This document shows, one piece after another, positions 8,471 through 18,690 of a stretch of 64,000 nucleotides of DNA. Each line of letters opens with the position of its first letter. Positions within the stretch are counted from its first letter, which is position 1. A program made the translations under genes and the position numbers. Below the pieces are notes generated by a model. It ran no database searches, had not been told where the DNA came from, and saw only the letters and a program-made list of their open reading frames with translations. Source of the stretch: Bacteroidota bacterium. Its GTDB lineage: Bacteria; Bacteroidota; Ignavibacteria; Kryptoniales; JAKASW01. The stretch spans positions 9,681-73,680 of the forward strand of contig JAKAMG010000008.1 of NCBI GenBank assembly GCA_021812985.1. Direction: 5' to 3'.

Positions 8471-10123
8471 CTACAAATCCGTTTTCAGCGCCCTCAAGCC
8501 AAAAAGCCTGGCGACATAAAAAGCGGCCACGGCGGCGAACGCAAGGATCCACGCGCGCGACTCATCGACGGGGGCGGCCCCGCCTGACGAAAAGCAAAGA
8601 ATTGCCTGGCTGAACACTACAGAACTGAGTATAACCATGATACCCACCGACACGAGTAGCGAGACGGTGGCGCCGTGCGATGACGAAATCCTGACGGCGT
8701 TCTTCTCTTTGTAGTCCACGAAAGCTCCTCCGAAAATCATGACAACCGATGGGAAGACGATCCCTCCGACCGCGCCGTAAAGTGTGCTCACGGTGATGAG
8801 GCCGTGAAAATTCCGGAAAGGCGACGGGGCGGCCAATCCGAAAACGCCCCCCACGATTGAGAGGAACATAATAGCCGGAAGGAGCTTGGCGTAGAATAAG
8901 TTCTGGAGTTTCACTGGCGACGAGCGCATAAGCCACATTGTCTCGCCTTCAAGGCTCAACATAGGATAGACAAACCTCACCGCGAGCGAGACTATCAGGA
9001 AGCTGTTGAACGCATATATAAGCGTGAAGGCGGATGAGATAATGAATCTATCGGGGAGGTAGATCCTCATTTCGAAAAGATTCATCAGAAAGACGCCGAT
9101 CAGAGCCATCAGCACCGCGAAATGGAAAGTCTGGCTCGGTTCTCTAATAAAGAGGAGGAAATCTCTCCTGAGGAGCGATATGCGCCCACGCCGCCTCCCC
9201 GCACCCTGAACGAACGGATCTGCGAGCGCCTTCACCCTCCGCTCGAAGAGCTTGTGCTTCGCGACCCAATAAGCCTCCTCGTAGTGCCTTTGGGCAAGTT
9301 TTACCATAACATAGAATAGAAAACCCGCGACCGCGCAGACGATCGACGCTGATATCGTGGCACCCCAGAGGTTGCCAGTTGTGGCAAAGTAGAAATAGTT
9401 CGCGGACCAGAAGCTCGGCGCGAAGTAATCGAGCTTGGGATCGAGCACACCGAGGTACTTGTCGATGTGCGGATAGTATTTCATCACGTCGGTGAAAAGC
9501 CTGAACGGGTTGTTTAGCACGACATACGAGTAAGTGCTCGCGGCATAGATCAATGTAAGGCCGAGGACAAGCGCCTTGATGGAAAGCCAGCGGGAAGCCA
9601 TGAGAACGAGGAGGAGCATAATCGCGCCGACGCAGGCCGCCGAGATTATTAGCGGAAGTATGGAGAATAGCACACCGACTATGGCCACAATCGGATTCCC
9701 GAAGAAACCGGCATACCCTGCCACTGCTGCCAGTATCAGGACAATCATGAGCGCTGAGCTGTACAGGAACGAATCGAGGAACTTTGAGACGAATATTTCA
9801 ACGGGGCTTATCGGCAAGGTGTGGAGAAACTCCGTCTCCGAGTTACGGAAGATGGTCACGAAGGCGACGAGTATGTTTGCTATGCTGATGATGGCGAAGA
9901 AGACAAACAGGGCGAGTGCCAGGAGCCTATGGTAGAGGAAGAGGCCGATTTTAGCCTGGACGATCAGGTAACTGGTGGCAAACTCGACGACCGCGTACGT
10001 TAAATAGGCAAAGACCGCGAAGGTAAGAACCGAGAAGATGGATCGGGAAAGATGCCGTGTGAAGCGTACCCCGCCCTCGAGATAGAGAAGGCGGAATTTC
10101 GTATTCATCAGCTCACGCAGCAT
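8471..10123 (-). CDS. Polytopic membrane protein, putative ABC exporter permease
   Basis: 550 aa with more than 10 hydrophobic segments. Lies immediately downstream (7 nt) of an ABC ATPase gene. Confidence 0.7.
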   Translation of the reverse strand: MLRELMNTKFRLLYLEGGVRFTRHLSRSIFSVLTFAVFAYLTYAVVEFATSYLIVQAKIGLFLYHRLLALALFVFFAIISIANILVAFVTIFRNSETEFLHTLPISPVEIFVSKFLDSFLYSSALMIVLILAAVAGYAGFFGNPIVAIVGVLFSILPLIISAACVGAIMLLLVLMASRWLSIKALVLGLTLIYAASTYSYVVLNNPFRLFTDVMKYYPHIDKYLGVLDPKLDYFAPSFWSANYFYFATTGNLWGATISASIVCAVAGFLFYVMVKLAQRHYEEAYWVAKHKLFERRVKALADPFVQGAGRRRGRISLLRRDFLLFIREPSQTFHFAVLMALIGVFLMNLFEMRIYLPDRFIISSAFTLIYAFNSFLIVSLAVRFVYPMLSLEGETMWLMRSSPVKLQNLFYAKLLPAIMFLSIVGGVFGLAAPSPFRNFHGLITVSTLYGAVGGIVFPSVVMIFGGAFVDYKEKNAVRISSSHGATVSLLVSVGIMVILSSVVFSQAILCFSSGGAAPVDESRAWILAFAAVAAFYVARLFGLRALKTDL

Positions 10124-10130
10124 CGATCCC

Positions 10131-10841
10131 TCAGGCGGTCAGTTGGAGATACCTCTTCTCGAGCTCCTCAACGCCGTCGCCGGAAAGCTCCTGCATCGAC
10201 CCCTCATATACAAGTCGGCTTGAATTTATTATGCCGACTCGCGTGCACACCTCTCTTGCAAGAGACAGCTGATGCGTCGTCATAAAAATGGCGGCTCCCT
10301 CCCGGGCTACCGACTTAACCTGAGACTTGAACGTCTCGGCTCCCTTTGGGTCGAGGCCAACCATGGGTTCGTCTATTACGAGAAGCTTGGGTTTGTGGAG
10401 GAAGGCGGCCGCGAGGACTAACCTCTGCCTCATCCCCTGAGAGTAATCCTCAATTCGCCGTCCGAGCCAGGGGGTTACCTCGAAAATCTCGGAGACTTCC
10501 CGAATCGAGACAGCGGCCCTGTCTTCGGTCATTCCATAAATCGTCGAAACGAAACGAAGAAACTCCAGTCCGCTCAGCTTCTCGTAAAGGAAAGGCTGGT
10601 CGGGCACGTACGATAAATACTGTTTGGCCTTCTCAGGATACTTGTGGGCATCGATGCCGTTGATGAGGACACTGCCCGCCGTAGGCTTGAGAAGGGTCGC
10701 GATCATTTTTATCGTGGTCGTTTTCCCCGCTCCGTTGGGACCTAGGAAGCCGTATATCTCCCCCGCCTTGATCTTCATCGAGACATCATTGACGGCGGTG
10801 AACGAACCGAATCTTTTCGTGAGCGAGTTCAGCTCAAGCAT
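10131..10841 (-). CDS. ABC transporter ATP-binding protein
   Basis: 236 aa. Walker A GPNGAGKTT, signature LSGLEF../YSQGMRQRL, Walker B LLVIDEP. Confidence 0.9.
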   Translation of the reverse strand: MLELNSLTKRFGSFTAVNDVSMKIKAGEIYGFLGPNGAGKTTTIKMIATLLKPTAGSVLINGIDAHKYPEKAKQYLSYVPDQPFLYEKLSGLEFLRFVSTIYGMTEDRAAVSIREVSEIFEVTPWLGRRIEDYSQGMRQRLVLAAAFLHKPKLLVIDEPMVGLDPKGAETFKSQVKSVAREGAAIFMTTHQLSLAREVCTRVGIINSSRLVYEGSMQELSGDGVEELEKRYLQLTA

Positions 10842-10898
10842 TTTTACTCAAAATCTTCCTCAGGTTAATCACTCGAGGAATATCTGTCGCGCGTCGAA

Positions 10899-12203
10899 TT
10901 ATTTCTGCTTGAACACCAGTCTTATCGGCACGCCCTCGAATCTGTATTTCTCCCGAATCTTGTTTTCGAGGAACCGCTTGTACGTCACGGAAACCTCCTC
11001 CGGCAGATTCGTGAACATCGCAAAGGTAGGGAGTTTGCTGTCGACCTGCGTGATGTATTTTATCTTTATTTCTTTTCCCGTCTTGGAGAAGGGCGGAGTA
11101 GACTCGATAAGGGGGACGAGATAGTCGTTGAGCTCGCTCGTTTTTATCTTCACCTTCGCGCCTTCAAGCGATGCCATTGCCGTTTGAAGAAGTTTCTGAA
11201 CGCGCTGGTTTTTCAGCACGGATATGAAAACCAGCGGGACGAAATCGTACACTCGGAGCCTCTCCTTGATTCCAAGCGCGTATTCCTCAGCCGTCACTTC
11301 CTTCTTGTTGACGAGGTCCCATTTATTGATCCCGATTACCGCCGGCTTGCCCTGCTCTATGGTGTACTCTACGATTTGAAGATCCTGCTTCTCAACACCG
11401 AGGGATGCGTCAAACATGACAACGGCGGCGTCACATCTCTCCACCGCCTGGAAAGTTCTAAGTGCGCTGAAGAATTCGACGGACTCCTTGATCTTGCTTT
11501 TCTTCCTCAGCCCTGCGGTATCTATCAGTATAAGATCCTGGCCCTGGAAACTAAACGGAGAATCGACCGAGTCGCGCGTCGTCCCCGGAACATTTGTAAC
11601 TATCGAACGGTTCTGGCCGAGGAGGAGATTGACCAGTGAAGACTTGCCCACGTTCGGCTTTCCGATTATGGCGATCTTCCTGGTGGGTGATGAGTCGGTG
11701 GCCGCACTCGCGTCAGGAATTACCTTGAGGACTTCATCCAGGAAGTCTCCCACGCTTCTACCGAGCTGCGCGGATATTCCCATGACGCGGTCGAAACCGA
11801 GCTCGAAAAACTGGCCGATATCTTTTTCATGCTTGGCGTCATCCACCTTGTTTACGACAAGTATGACCTTCTTTGCCTTCTTCCGAAGTATCTTGGCGAC
11901 CTCATTGTCTATGGGGTGCGGCCCCGCTGAGCCGTCGACGACGAGAGCGATCGCGTCCGCCTCGTCCACGGCATACTGGGCCTGCTCCCTTATCGCCTTC
12001 TCGAAAATATTCTGTGAATCGGGGACAAATCCTCCGGTATCTATGACCGTGAATTCCCTCCCGCCCCACTCGAACGAGCCGTAAATCCTGTCACGGGTCA
12101 CGCCGGGTCTGTCATCGACAATTGCCCTCCTCCCGCCTATGAGCCTGTTGAAGAGAGTCGATTTGCCGACGTTTGGTCGGCCTACTATTGCTATCGTTGC
12201 CAT
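10899..12203 (-). CDS. der: Ribosome-associated GTPase Der (EngA), tandem GTPase domains plus KH-like domain
   Basis: 434 aa. Two G1 motifs (GRPNVGKST and GKPNVGKSS), two DTGG/DTAG motifs and two NKVD/NKWD motifs. Confidence 0.95.
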   Translation of the reverse strand: MATIAIVGRPNVGKSTLFNRLIGGRRAIVDDRPGVTRDRIYGSFEWGGREFTVIDTGGFVPDSQNIFEKAIREQAQYAVDEADAIALVVDGSAGPHPIDNEVAKILRKKAKKVILVVNKVDDAKHEKDIGQFFELGFDRVMGISAQLGRSVGDFLDEVLKVIPDASAATDSSPTRKIAIIGKPNVGKSSLVNLLLGQNRSIVTNVPGTTRDSVDSPFSFQGQDLILIDTAGLRKKSKIKESVEFFSALRTFQAVERCDAAVVMFDASLGVEKQDLQIVEYTIEQGKPAVIGINKWDLVNKKEVTAEEYALGIKERLRVYDFVPLVFISVLKNQRVQKLLQTAMASLEGAKVKIKTSELNDYLVPLIESTPPFSKTGKEIKIKYITQVDSKLPTFAMFTNLPEEVSVTYKRFLENKIREKYRFEGVPIRLVFKQK

Positions 12204-12284
12204 CTTAATTCCAAGATCCGAATCTCAAATATTCGCTGAATCTCCGCTCCTGATTCAGCTGACATCTGCCGGAAATGTCTCCGG

Positions 12285-13235
12285 TCAGTCTGAAACAACA
12301 TCGGCTCCACGGTTCACCGGTTCGAGAATCTCCGACCTCCATTTGAGTCCGAGTTTCCCGATGAGGGCGGCGAACGCCTCATGCACCTTTCTGGTCTCGC
12401 CGAGACAGAAGGCGACGCAGCTGCTTCCTGCCCCGCTTATCGTAAACGATAGGGCTCCGCTGGCTGCGGCCGCTTTCTCAAATTCATCATAATGCGGTAT
12501 GAGCTTCTTCCTGTGCTTCTCGTGAAGTTCGTCGTGCATGGCGGGTCCGATCATGTCGTAGTTTCCCGAAGCGAGCGCGGCAACAAGAAGAGAACTGTGC
12601 TGCACGTTGGACACTGCTTCGCCAAGCGACACGCTCGTGGGAAGAATTTTGCGCGCGGCCCTGGTCTCTATGCGAGAATCGGGGAGGACAGCCACCATTT
12701 TGAGCCGGCCTTCCACCGGGATCCTTATCTTCGAATAGCTTCCGTTTCCGCCTCGCGCGTTTACAACAAGTCCCCCGAAAAGGGCCGCGCTAACGTTGTC
12801 CGGATGCCCTTCGATGCCAACCGCGATATTGTAAATCTCGTCGGCCTCCAGCTTTCTGCCGGACAACTCGTTCGCAAGGAGGAGCCCTCCCGCGATTGCG
12901 GCGCCGCTCGCGCCGAGCCCGCCGCATGACGGGATTCCGTTCTCAATCCTGAGCCGCATATCGGGGAGACTCCCAAGGATTTTCCTCATCGCCTGGAGAG
13001 TGAGGTTTGTTTCATCGACGGGTATTTCGGCGGCCCCTTCACCCGCAACTTCAATTGAGAATCGGGATGCCGGTTCCGCGTTTATCACAAGATATCTATT
13101 TACGGCAAGACCGAGCGTATCGAAGCCCGGTCCAAGGTTCGACGTAGACGCAGGGACGACTATTTTCAGTGACTGCTCCTTCGCTTTTGATATTAGAATA
13201 TATCTGCGGACCGGAGATTTTACAAAGAGGCGCAA
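12285..13235 (-). CDS. thrB: Homoserine kinase
   Basis: 316 aa. GHMP kinase motifs VPASTSNLGPGFDTLG and GGLGASGAAIAGG. Confidence 0.85.
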   Translation of the reverse strand: MRLFVKSPVRRYILISKAKEQSLKIVVPASTSNLGPGFDTLGLAVNRYLVINAEPASRFSIEVAGEGAAEIPVDETNLTLQAMRKILGSLPDMRLRIENGIPSCGGLGASGAAIAGGLLLANELSGRKLEADEIYNIAVGIEGHPDNVSAALFGGLVVNARGGNGSYSKIRIPVEGRLKMVAVLPDSRIETRAARKILPTSVSLGEAVSNVQHSSLLVAALASGNYDMIGPAMHDELHEKHRKKLIPHYDEFEKAAAASGALSFTISGAGSSCVAFCLGETRKVHEAFAALIGKLGLKWRSEILEPVNRGADVVSD

Positions 13236-13285
13236 AGGAGAGGACTGAGCTTGATTTTACGGCAGGCGAATGAGATTTTAACCCC

Positions 13286-13609
13286 ATGATTCCGGTACTG
13301 ATTTTCTGGCTCCACATAACGGCCGCCGTCTATCTCTTCGTGAAGAAGTATTACGAGGAGACTCTGAGCGAGGCCTTCCTTACGCTCGGCTTCGCAGCCA
13401 TTGTCTTCACGGCGGGATGGACGTTCTCTTCCTTCGTGATACATCTTGCCTTTGGCCCCAAGGGGCTCGGCGAGATACTGAACAGCGACTCTTTGTCCCT
13501 GATGCTCCTGAGCGTACTGGAGGCCGGGTTCTACAAGGTGTGGTTCAGGAAACCTCAAGGGGGAACACGTTCCGGAGCCGGAGATGACCGGGAACCCGCA
13601 GATGCATAA
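13286..13609 (+). CDS. Small membrane protein (about 3 TM), unknown function
   Basis: 107 aa with hydrophobic helices. Overlaps the start of the following methyltransferase ORF. Confidence 0.45.
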   Translation: MIPVLIFWLHITAAVYLFVKKYYEETLSEAFLTLGFAAIVFTAGWTFSSFVIHLAFGPKGLGEILNSDSLSLMLLSVLEAGFYKVWFRKPQGGTRSGAGDDREPADA

Positions 13610-14156
13610 GCTCTCCCATTCGGAGATCAAGGCACAAAGAAAGACGATAGACGAGGCCATTTCCTCGGCGAGGACGCCGATCTACGGATTCCTCGAAAAC
13701 GTCCGCAGCCTCTACAACGTGGGTTCGATATTCAGGACCTCGGACGCCGCGCTCGTTTCAGGATTGTACCTGACCGGTTTCACCCCCTACCCCCCACGCC
13801 CGGAAATTTCAAAGACCGCCCTGGGCGCGGTGGAAAGTGTGCCATGGCACTACAATCGAAAATCAATTGATGCAGTCGCCGAAATCAAGGAGAAGGGTAT
13901 CAGGTTCATCGTACTGGAGCAAACCAAGGAGAGCGTGCCAGTATGGGATCTGTCTCAGGATATCTTCCCGGCTTGCATCGCCGTCGGGAACGAGATAGGG
14001 GGAATCACAAAAGAGATCGTTGAAGCGGCGGACCTTGCTGTAGAGATACCGATGCTCGGAGTCAAACATTCGCTGAACGTGGCAGTCGCTTACGGAATAG
14101 CCATATACAGGCTTTTCGAAATCTTCAGTAAAAGCGGGCCCCAGCACAAACCGTAG
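13584..14156 (+). CDS. SpoU/TrmH-family RNA 2'-O-methyltransferase
   Basis: 190 aa. Contains NVGSIFRTSDA, VGNEIGGI and IPMLGVKHSLNVAVAYGIAIY (SPOUT knot motifs). An alternative start is the ATG at 13602. Confidence 0.8.
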   Translation: MTGNPQMHKLSHSEIKAQRKTIDEAISSARTPIYGFLENVRSLYNVGSIFRTSDAALVSGLYLTGFTPYPPRPEISKTALGAVESVPWHYNRKSIDAVAEIKEKGIRFIVLEQTKESVPVWDLSQDIFPACIAVGNEIGGITKEIVEAADLAVEIPMLGVKHSLNVAVAYGIAIYRLFEIFSKSGPQHKP

Positions 14157-14285
14157 ACCCGGCGTACCAGTTTGAACAATGTTCCAGGCCGCAGGTTTCC
14201 TCTCGCGCTGCATCGAGCGGGGAAGCGAAGGCGACCGTTGTGTTTGTCCTGAGGCCGTTCTGGGAACGGAAGCCGCAGTCGGTCC

Positions 14286-14936
14286 CTAGAAGGCGGAAGT
14301 GAAGTACTCGAACCGCTCTTCGGTATGAATCCTGATTACTCCGGCGCGGACGAGGTTAACCAGGATCCTTGACGCACGCCTCTCTCCTATGTTCACGAGT
14401 TTGGCGTAATCCCTGACCGTAATTCTTTCCTTCTCCTCGAGGTACTTGAAGAGGCGTCTCTCGTTGTCGCCGATTATGATCGATAGCGGTTCGCTGTCCG
14501 GGCTTTCACTCTCGAGTATCTTCACCACTTCGCGGCTGGCGAGGACGCTTTTATCGTTTATTCTTATGTAGACTTTAGCCTCGCGCGACAGCTTGCCTCG
14601 ATAATCCTGAAGGCGGTGAGGCTTCGTTTTGCTTTCCTCCACTATCGCGACGACGACATCCCGCCTGTTGAGTTCGATCACCTGCACGATTGGTTCGATG
14701 GGAGGCTCGCAGAAATCCCTGGCCGCCTCGTAAATGAGATCGCTCTCGGATTTCTCGCTTTCGACGCCGTAGATTGTCCCGTCATCATCCACACCGAACA
14801 GGATCATTCCACCTTTTGTGTTCGCAAACGCGATCAGCTCCTTTGCGATCTTCTCTATCGAGCTGAACTGGCGCTTGAATTCGATCTTGAAACTCTCACC
14901 CTCTGAGATAAGGGCCTTCAGTTCAGCGACGTCCAC
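14286..14936 (-). CDS. AlbA_2 (Schlafen-like divergent AAA) domain protein with C-terminal winged-helix region
   Basis: 216 aa. The N-terminus LISEGESFKIEFKRQF...AFANTKGGMILFGVDDDG is typical of the 'putative DNA-binding/ATP-binding' AlbA_2 domain. The C-terminus RDYAKLVNIGERRASRILVNLVRAG looks like an HTH. Confidence 0.65.
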   Translation of the reverse strand: MDVAELKALISEGESFKIEFKRQFSSIEKIAKELIAFANTKGGMILFGVDDDGTIYGVESEKSESDLIYEAARDFCEPPIEPIVQVIELNRRDVVVAIVEESKTKPHRLQDYRGKLSREAKVYIRINDKSVLASREVVKILESESPDSEPLSIIIGDNERRLFKYLEEKERITVRDYAKLVNIGERRASRILVNLVRAGVIRIHTEERFEYFTSAF

Positions 14937-15034
14937 TTTTCCCTTTCAGAGTTGTTCATTCCAGGTTCTCGATTCGTAGTTGAAGATAATCAACTATAGA
15001 CAAAGATTTAATGAGGCCGCGCCGGCCGGTCGCC

Positions 15035-15754
15035 CTACCACCCCCGTGCCTGCATCCGCTCAAGTATGATGTCTGTCCTGAACGAGACGAACCTCGAACT
15101 TGAATTTGGAGAATGTTTCAGCGGACTTGGAATTATCGCCGCGAGCCTGGCTGCCTGGTCTCTCGTCATGGCAGACGCGGGTTCGCCGTAGTAAATTCTG
15201 CTCGCGGCATCGACGCCGAAAATCCCGCGGCCGAACTCAATATAATTCACGTAGAGCTCCATAATCCGATTCTTGCTCAGATAGTGATTGAGCAAGTATG
15301 CTGAGATCATCTCGTTGAGCTTTGTAAGGGGATCCCTGCTCGTTGAGAACCAGAGGTTCTTGGCAAGCTGCATCGTGATCGTGCTTGATCCCCTGATAAT
15401 CTTCATCGCGTCGAAGTCTGTCCTGAACGACTCTTTCACTTCATACCAGTCGATGCCATCGTTCTCGTAGAACGTCCCATCCTCACCTACTATTACCGCA
15501 TGGACGAAGGACGCTGGGACGCGTGAAAGGGGGACGTACGAGACGCGAATGGTCAGGCGCTGTTTTTTCGCCACTGCCTCTCGAATCCTTTCCTTCATGA
15601 GGGAGGTCTGCCCCGGATTCTGAGTGCGGAGTCTCGCGACGGTCCAGGGGAAAGGAAGCATTACGAGCTCCACGAGCACGAATAGGGCAATAAGGCCGGC
15701 CACTATTCGCCCTATCGTAATCTTCCGTTGCCGCGGCCTTGTCGTTTCGCTCAT
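15035..15754 (-). CDS. mtgA: Monofunctional biosynthetic peptidoglycan transglycosylase (GT51)
   Basis: 239 aa with an N-terminal TM. GT51 motifs GEDGTFYENDGIDW, GSSTITMQLAKNL and RIMELYVNYIEFG. Confidence 0.9.
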   Translation of the reverse strand: MSETTRPRQRKITIGRIVAGLIALFVLVELVMLPFPWTVARLRTQNPGQTSLMKERIREAVAKKQRLTIRVSYVPLSRVPASFVHAVIVGEDGTFYENDGIDWYEVKESFRTDFDAMKIIRGSSTITMQLAKNLWFSTSRDPLTKLNEMISAYLLNHYLSKNRIMELYVNYIEFGRGIFGVDAASRIYYGEPASAMTRDQAARLAAIIPSPLKHSPNSSSRFVSFRTDIILERMQARGW

Positions 15755-16188
15755 CTGTGCGAATCGAGGTAGCTCTGCAGGATCACCTGCGAGGCCATCC
15801 TATCCAGGTTACCTTTCTTCTGCCTGTCTTTTTTCTTGATGCCCAGTTCAATCTGAGTCCGTTGCGCGATGGTTGTCGTGAATCTCTCGTCCCACTCGAC
15901 GATCTCGGCGTCGACCGATTCGCGCGACAGTTTATCCTTCAACCTTTCGGCAAATTTCGCGGCGGCGACGGCTGAATCGCCCGCCTCCCCGCTTAACTTC
16001 AAAGGCTTACCCACGACTATCTTGCCGACCGACATCTTCTTCACGATGTCGACGACTTTTCCGATGAGCTCTCCGTCGTTCGGTATGGTGTCGATGCCCT
16101 GCGCAATAATTCCCATGGGGTCGCTCACGGCGATTCCCACCCGCTTCAATCCGAAATCTATGCCGAGTACGCGTTTCATGTCAGGCAT
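15751..16188 (-). CDS. ruvX: Holliday-junction-resolvase-like nuclease RuvX/YqgF
   Basis: 145 aa. Contains LGIDFGLKRVGIAVSD and a DERFTT motif. Has 4-8 nt overlaps with both neighbours (rel-ruvX-mtgA operon). Confidence 0.9.
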   Translation of the reverse strand: MPDMKRVLGIDFGLKRVGIAVSDPMGIIAQGIDTIPNDGELIGKVVDIVKKMSVGKIVVGKPLKLSGEAGDSAVAAAKFAERLKDKLSRESVDAEIVEWDERFTTTIAQRTQIELGIKKKDRQKKGNLDRMASQVILQSYLDSHR

Positions 16189-18397
16189 TTGCAGCCTGCC
16201 CTGTCGCCCCTGCCGACATCCTGTCGACCCGGGTGACGCTTGGAATTCTCTTCAGCTTGTCAATCAACCTGTCCAGATGCTCCTTGTCCTTTACATATAT
16301 AATTATCTGACTTTCGAAGACGGCATCTCTGACTTCGGCCGACACGCTTCTAATGTTCGTGTTCTGATAGCTCGATATTGCGTGCGTGAGCTCAGTAAGT
16401 ATGCCGGGGCGATCCATCCCGGACACTGAGACCCCTGCCACGAAGAGACCGCTGCTCTCGCCCGGCCACGTTGCGTCGACTATTCTCTCGCGGGCCGCGC
16501 CGGCCATCCTCGCAAGGTTTGCGCAGTTCTTCCTGTGAACCTTCACCCCTTCCCCCGTCGTCACGAATCCGACGATCTCATCTCCGGGAATGGGGTTGCA
16601 GCATTTGGCGTATGAAATTTTCCAGTCGCTCCTCGACCCGTCGACTACAATCCCCTCCGAAGATTTCCTCGCAATCTCGACGAACGTATGAACCGGTTTG
16701 GTCGTCTCGCCCGTTTCCTTCACCGTTTTCTGCTGAGTCAGGCGGGCAATTATCCTATCAGGGTTAACTTCCTCTTCCGCGATCGCGATGTAAAACCGCT
16801 GCGCGTTGTCGAACTTCATCTCGCGTATCAGCTTGGCGAAGTCGTCTTCGGGAAGCGTCACCTTGTGCTTCTTCAGTCTCTTCGTCCAGATTTCTTCACC
16901 CTCAGCCGCCTTCTTCCTCGCCTCGTCGTTTATCCAGCGCCTTATGTGCGCTTTCGCCTTGCGCGAGACGACGAACTTTTCCCAGTCAGGGTTAACGTTC
17001 TGGTTCGAAGAAGTTATGATTTCGATCTGGTCACCGCTGTTCAGCCGCGTGTTGAGGGGAACCATCCGTCCGTTGATTTTCGCGCCTACGCAGTGCGTCC
17101 CCACCTGCGAGTGAATCTCGAAGGCGAAGTCCACGGGTGTCGAACCTTTGGGAAGGACCTGCAGTTCTCCCTTTGGAGTGAAGACGTAGATCTCGTCCTG
17201 GTACAGATCGAGTTTGAACCCCTCGAGGAAACTCTTCGCGGCATCTTCGCTGCTGGACGCAGGGGGCTGTTCAAGTATTTCCCTGACCCATGAAATCCAT
17301 TCGTCAAGCTTCCTGTCCGCCCCCTTCACATCCTCCTTGTACTTCCAGTGGGCCGCGACGCCGCGCTCCGCGATCTCGTCCATTTGCCGCGTTCTGATCT
17401 GCACCTCGACCATTTTCCCCTCGGGGCCCACAACCGTCGTGTGGATGGACTGGTAACCGTTCTGCTTGGGCACCGATATGTAATCTTTGAAGCGCTCGGG
17501 CACAGGCGTGTAGATCTCGGAAACGATCCCGTAAACGGAAAAACATTCGTTCTTGTCGATTGTGTCGAGGATTACCCTTACCGCGAACAGATCGTAGATT
17601 TCTTCTATCGGCTTGTTCCGCTTGACCATCTTATTGTATATGCTGTAAATATGTTTTGGGCGTCCGGTGATGTCGAAGTCTAATTCGGCTTCTTCGAGTC
17701 GCTTCTTTATCGGGTTGATAAACTTTCGTATGTACGCTTCCCGCTCTCTCCTCTTCGCGTTCAACTTCCTCGATATATACTCGTAGTCCTGTCCGCTCAG
17801 ATGTTTGAAGGCAAGGTCTTCGAACTCCCACTTCACCTTTGCCAGACCGAACCTATGTGCGAGAGGGGCATATATCTCGAGAGTCTCACGCGAGATGCGT
17901 TCCTGCTTCTCACGCGAGAGGAAAGTCAGCGTCCTCATGTTGTGAAGCCTGTCGGCAAACTTGACGAGTATGACCCGGACATCCTTCGCCATCGAGAGAA
18001 GCATCTTTCGGTAATTCTCGGCGCGGGTAATCTCATGGCTTTCCACGGCGCCAGATATTTTCGTCACGCCGTCCACGATCTCGGCGATCTCATTGCCGAA
18101 CTCCGACCTTACGGCCTTCAGATCGTATGGAGTGTCCTCTACAACGTCGTGGAGAAGAGCGGAGGCAACTGATATGTCATCAAGCGGAACTTCTTTTGCG
18201 ACTACCAGCGCCACTTCATACGGATGTGAAAAATACGGCTCACCCGACGCCCTCGGTTTCCCTTTCACGTGGGCGTTCCAGCTGAACTCAAAGGCACGCC
18301 TGATCAGATCCTCGTCAAAGGAATACAGGTTGTTCCTGCAAACCTCCAAAAGGCGGTTGAGCTTCTCGACACTTTTCACATCTGCCAGATACGACAC
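16181..18397 (-). CDS. rel: Bifunctional (p)ppGpp synthetase/hydrolase (RelA/SpoT homologue)
   Basis: 738 aa. HD hydrolase domain (HPYEVA...LLHDVVEDT), synthetase domain (YQSIHTTV), and TGS and ACT regions. Confidence 0.95.
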   Translation of the reverse strand: MSYLADVKSVEKLNRLLEVCRNNLYSFDEDLIRRAFEFSWNAHVKGKPRASGEPYFSHPYEVALVVAKEVPLDDISVASALLHDVVEDTPYDLKAVRSEFGNEIAEIVDGVTKISGAVESHEITRAENYRKMLLSMAKDVRVILVKFADRLHNMRTLTFLSREKQERISRETLEIYAPLAHRFGLAKVKWEFEDLAFKHLSGQDYEYISRKLNAKRREREAYIRKFINPIKKRLEEAELDFDITGRPKHIYSIYNKMVKRNKPIEEIYDLFAVRVILDTIDKNECFSVYGIVSEIYTPVPERFKDYISVPKQNGYQSIHTTVVGPEGKMVEVQIRTRQMDEIAERGVAAHWKYKEDVKGADRKLDEWISWVREILEQPPASSSEDAAKSFLEGFKLDLYQDEIYVFTPKGELQVLPKGSTPVDFAFEIHSQVGTHCVGAKINGRMVPLNTRLNSGDQIEIITSSNQNVNPDWEKFVVSRKAKAHIRRWINDEARKKAAEGEEIWTKRLKKHKVTLPEDDFAKLIREMKFDNAQRFYIAIAEEEVNPDRIIARLTQQKTVKETGETTKPVHTFVEIARKSSEGIVVDGSRSDWKISYAKCCNPIPGDEIVGFVTTGEGVKVHRKNCANLARMAGAARERIVDATWPGESSGLFVAGVSVSGMDRPGILTELTHAISSYQNTNIRSVSAEVRDAVFESQIIIYVKDKEHLDRLIDKLKRIPSVTRVDRMSAGATGQAANA

Positions 18398-18690
18398 AAA
18401 AACCTCTAAAAGTAGCTTGTATATTCAATTTAAGGGCGTTGGACTAATTTCCAAGCCCCGTGGAGTCACCGGAACGAGCACCCGAAATGACGACCGTTTT
18501 CCGCGGAAACGTATCGCAATGACTGCCCTTCTTGGTATTCAAAATTTTTTTACTGATTTTTAGCAAGAGAAGCGGCGTCAGGCCCCGTTCCTTTATTCCG
18601 TGGTCGCAATGATTATTGACTGTTCAGTAAAGATCTTATTTCATTTCAATCAAGTAGCATATTCGCTGTGCGGCAAGAATTTGAAAGGAG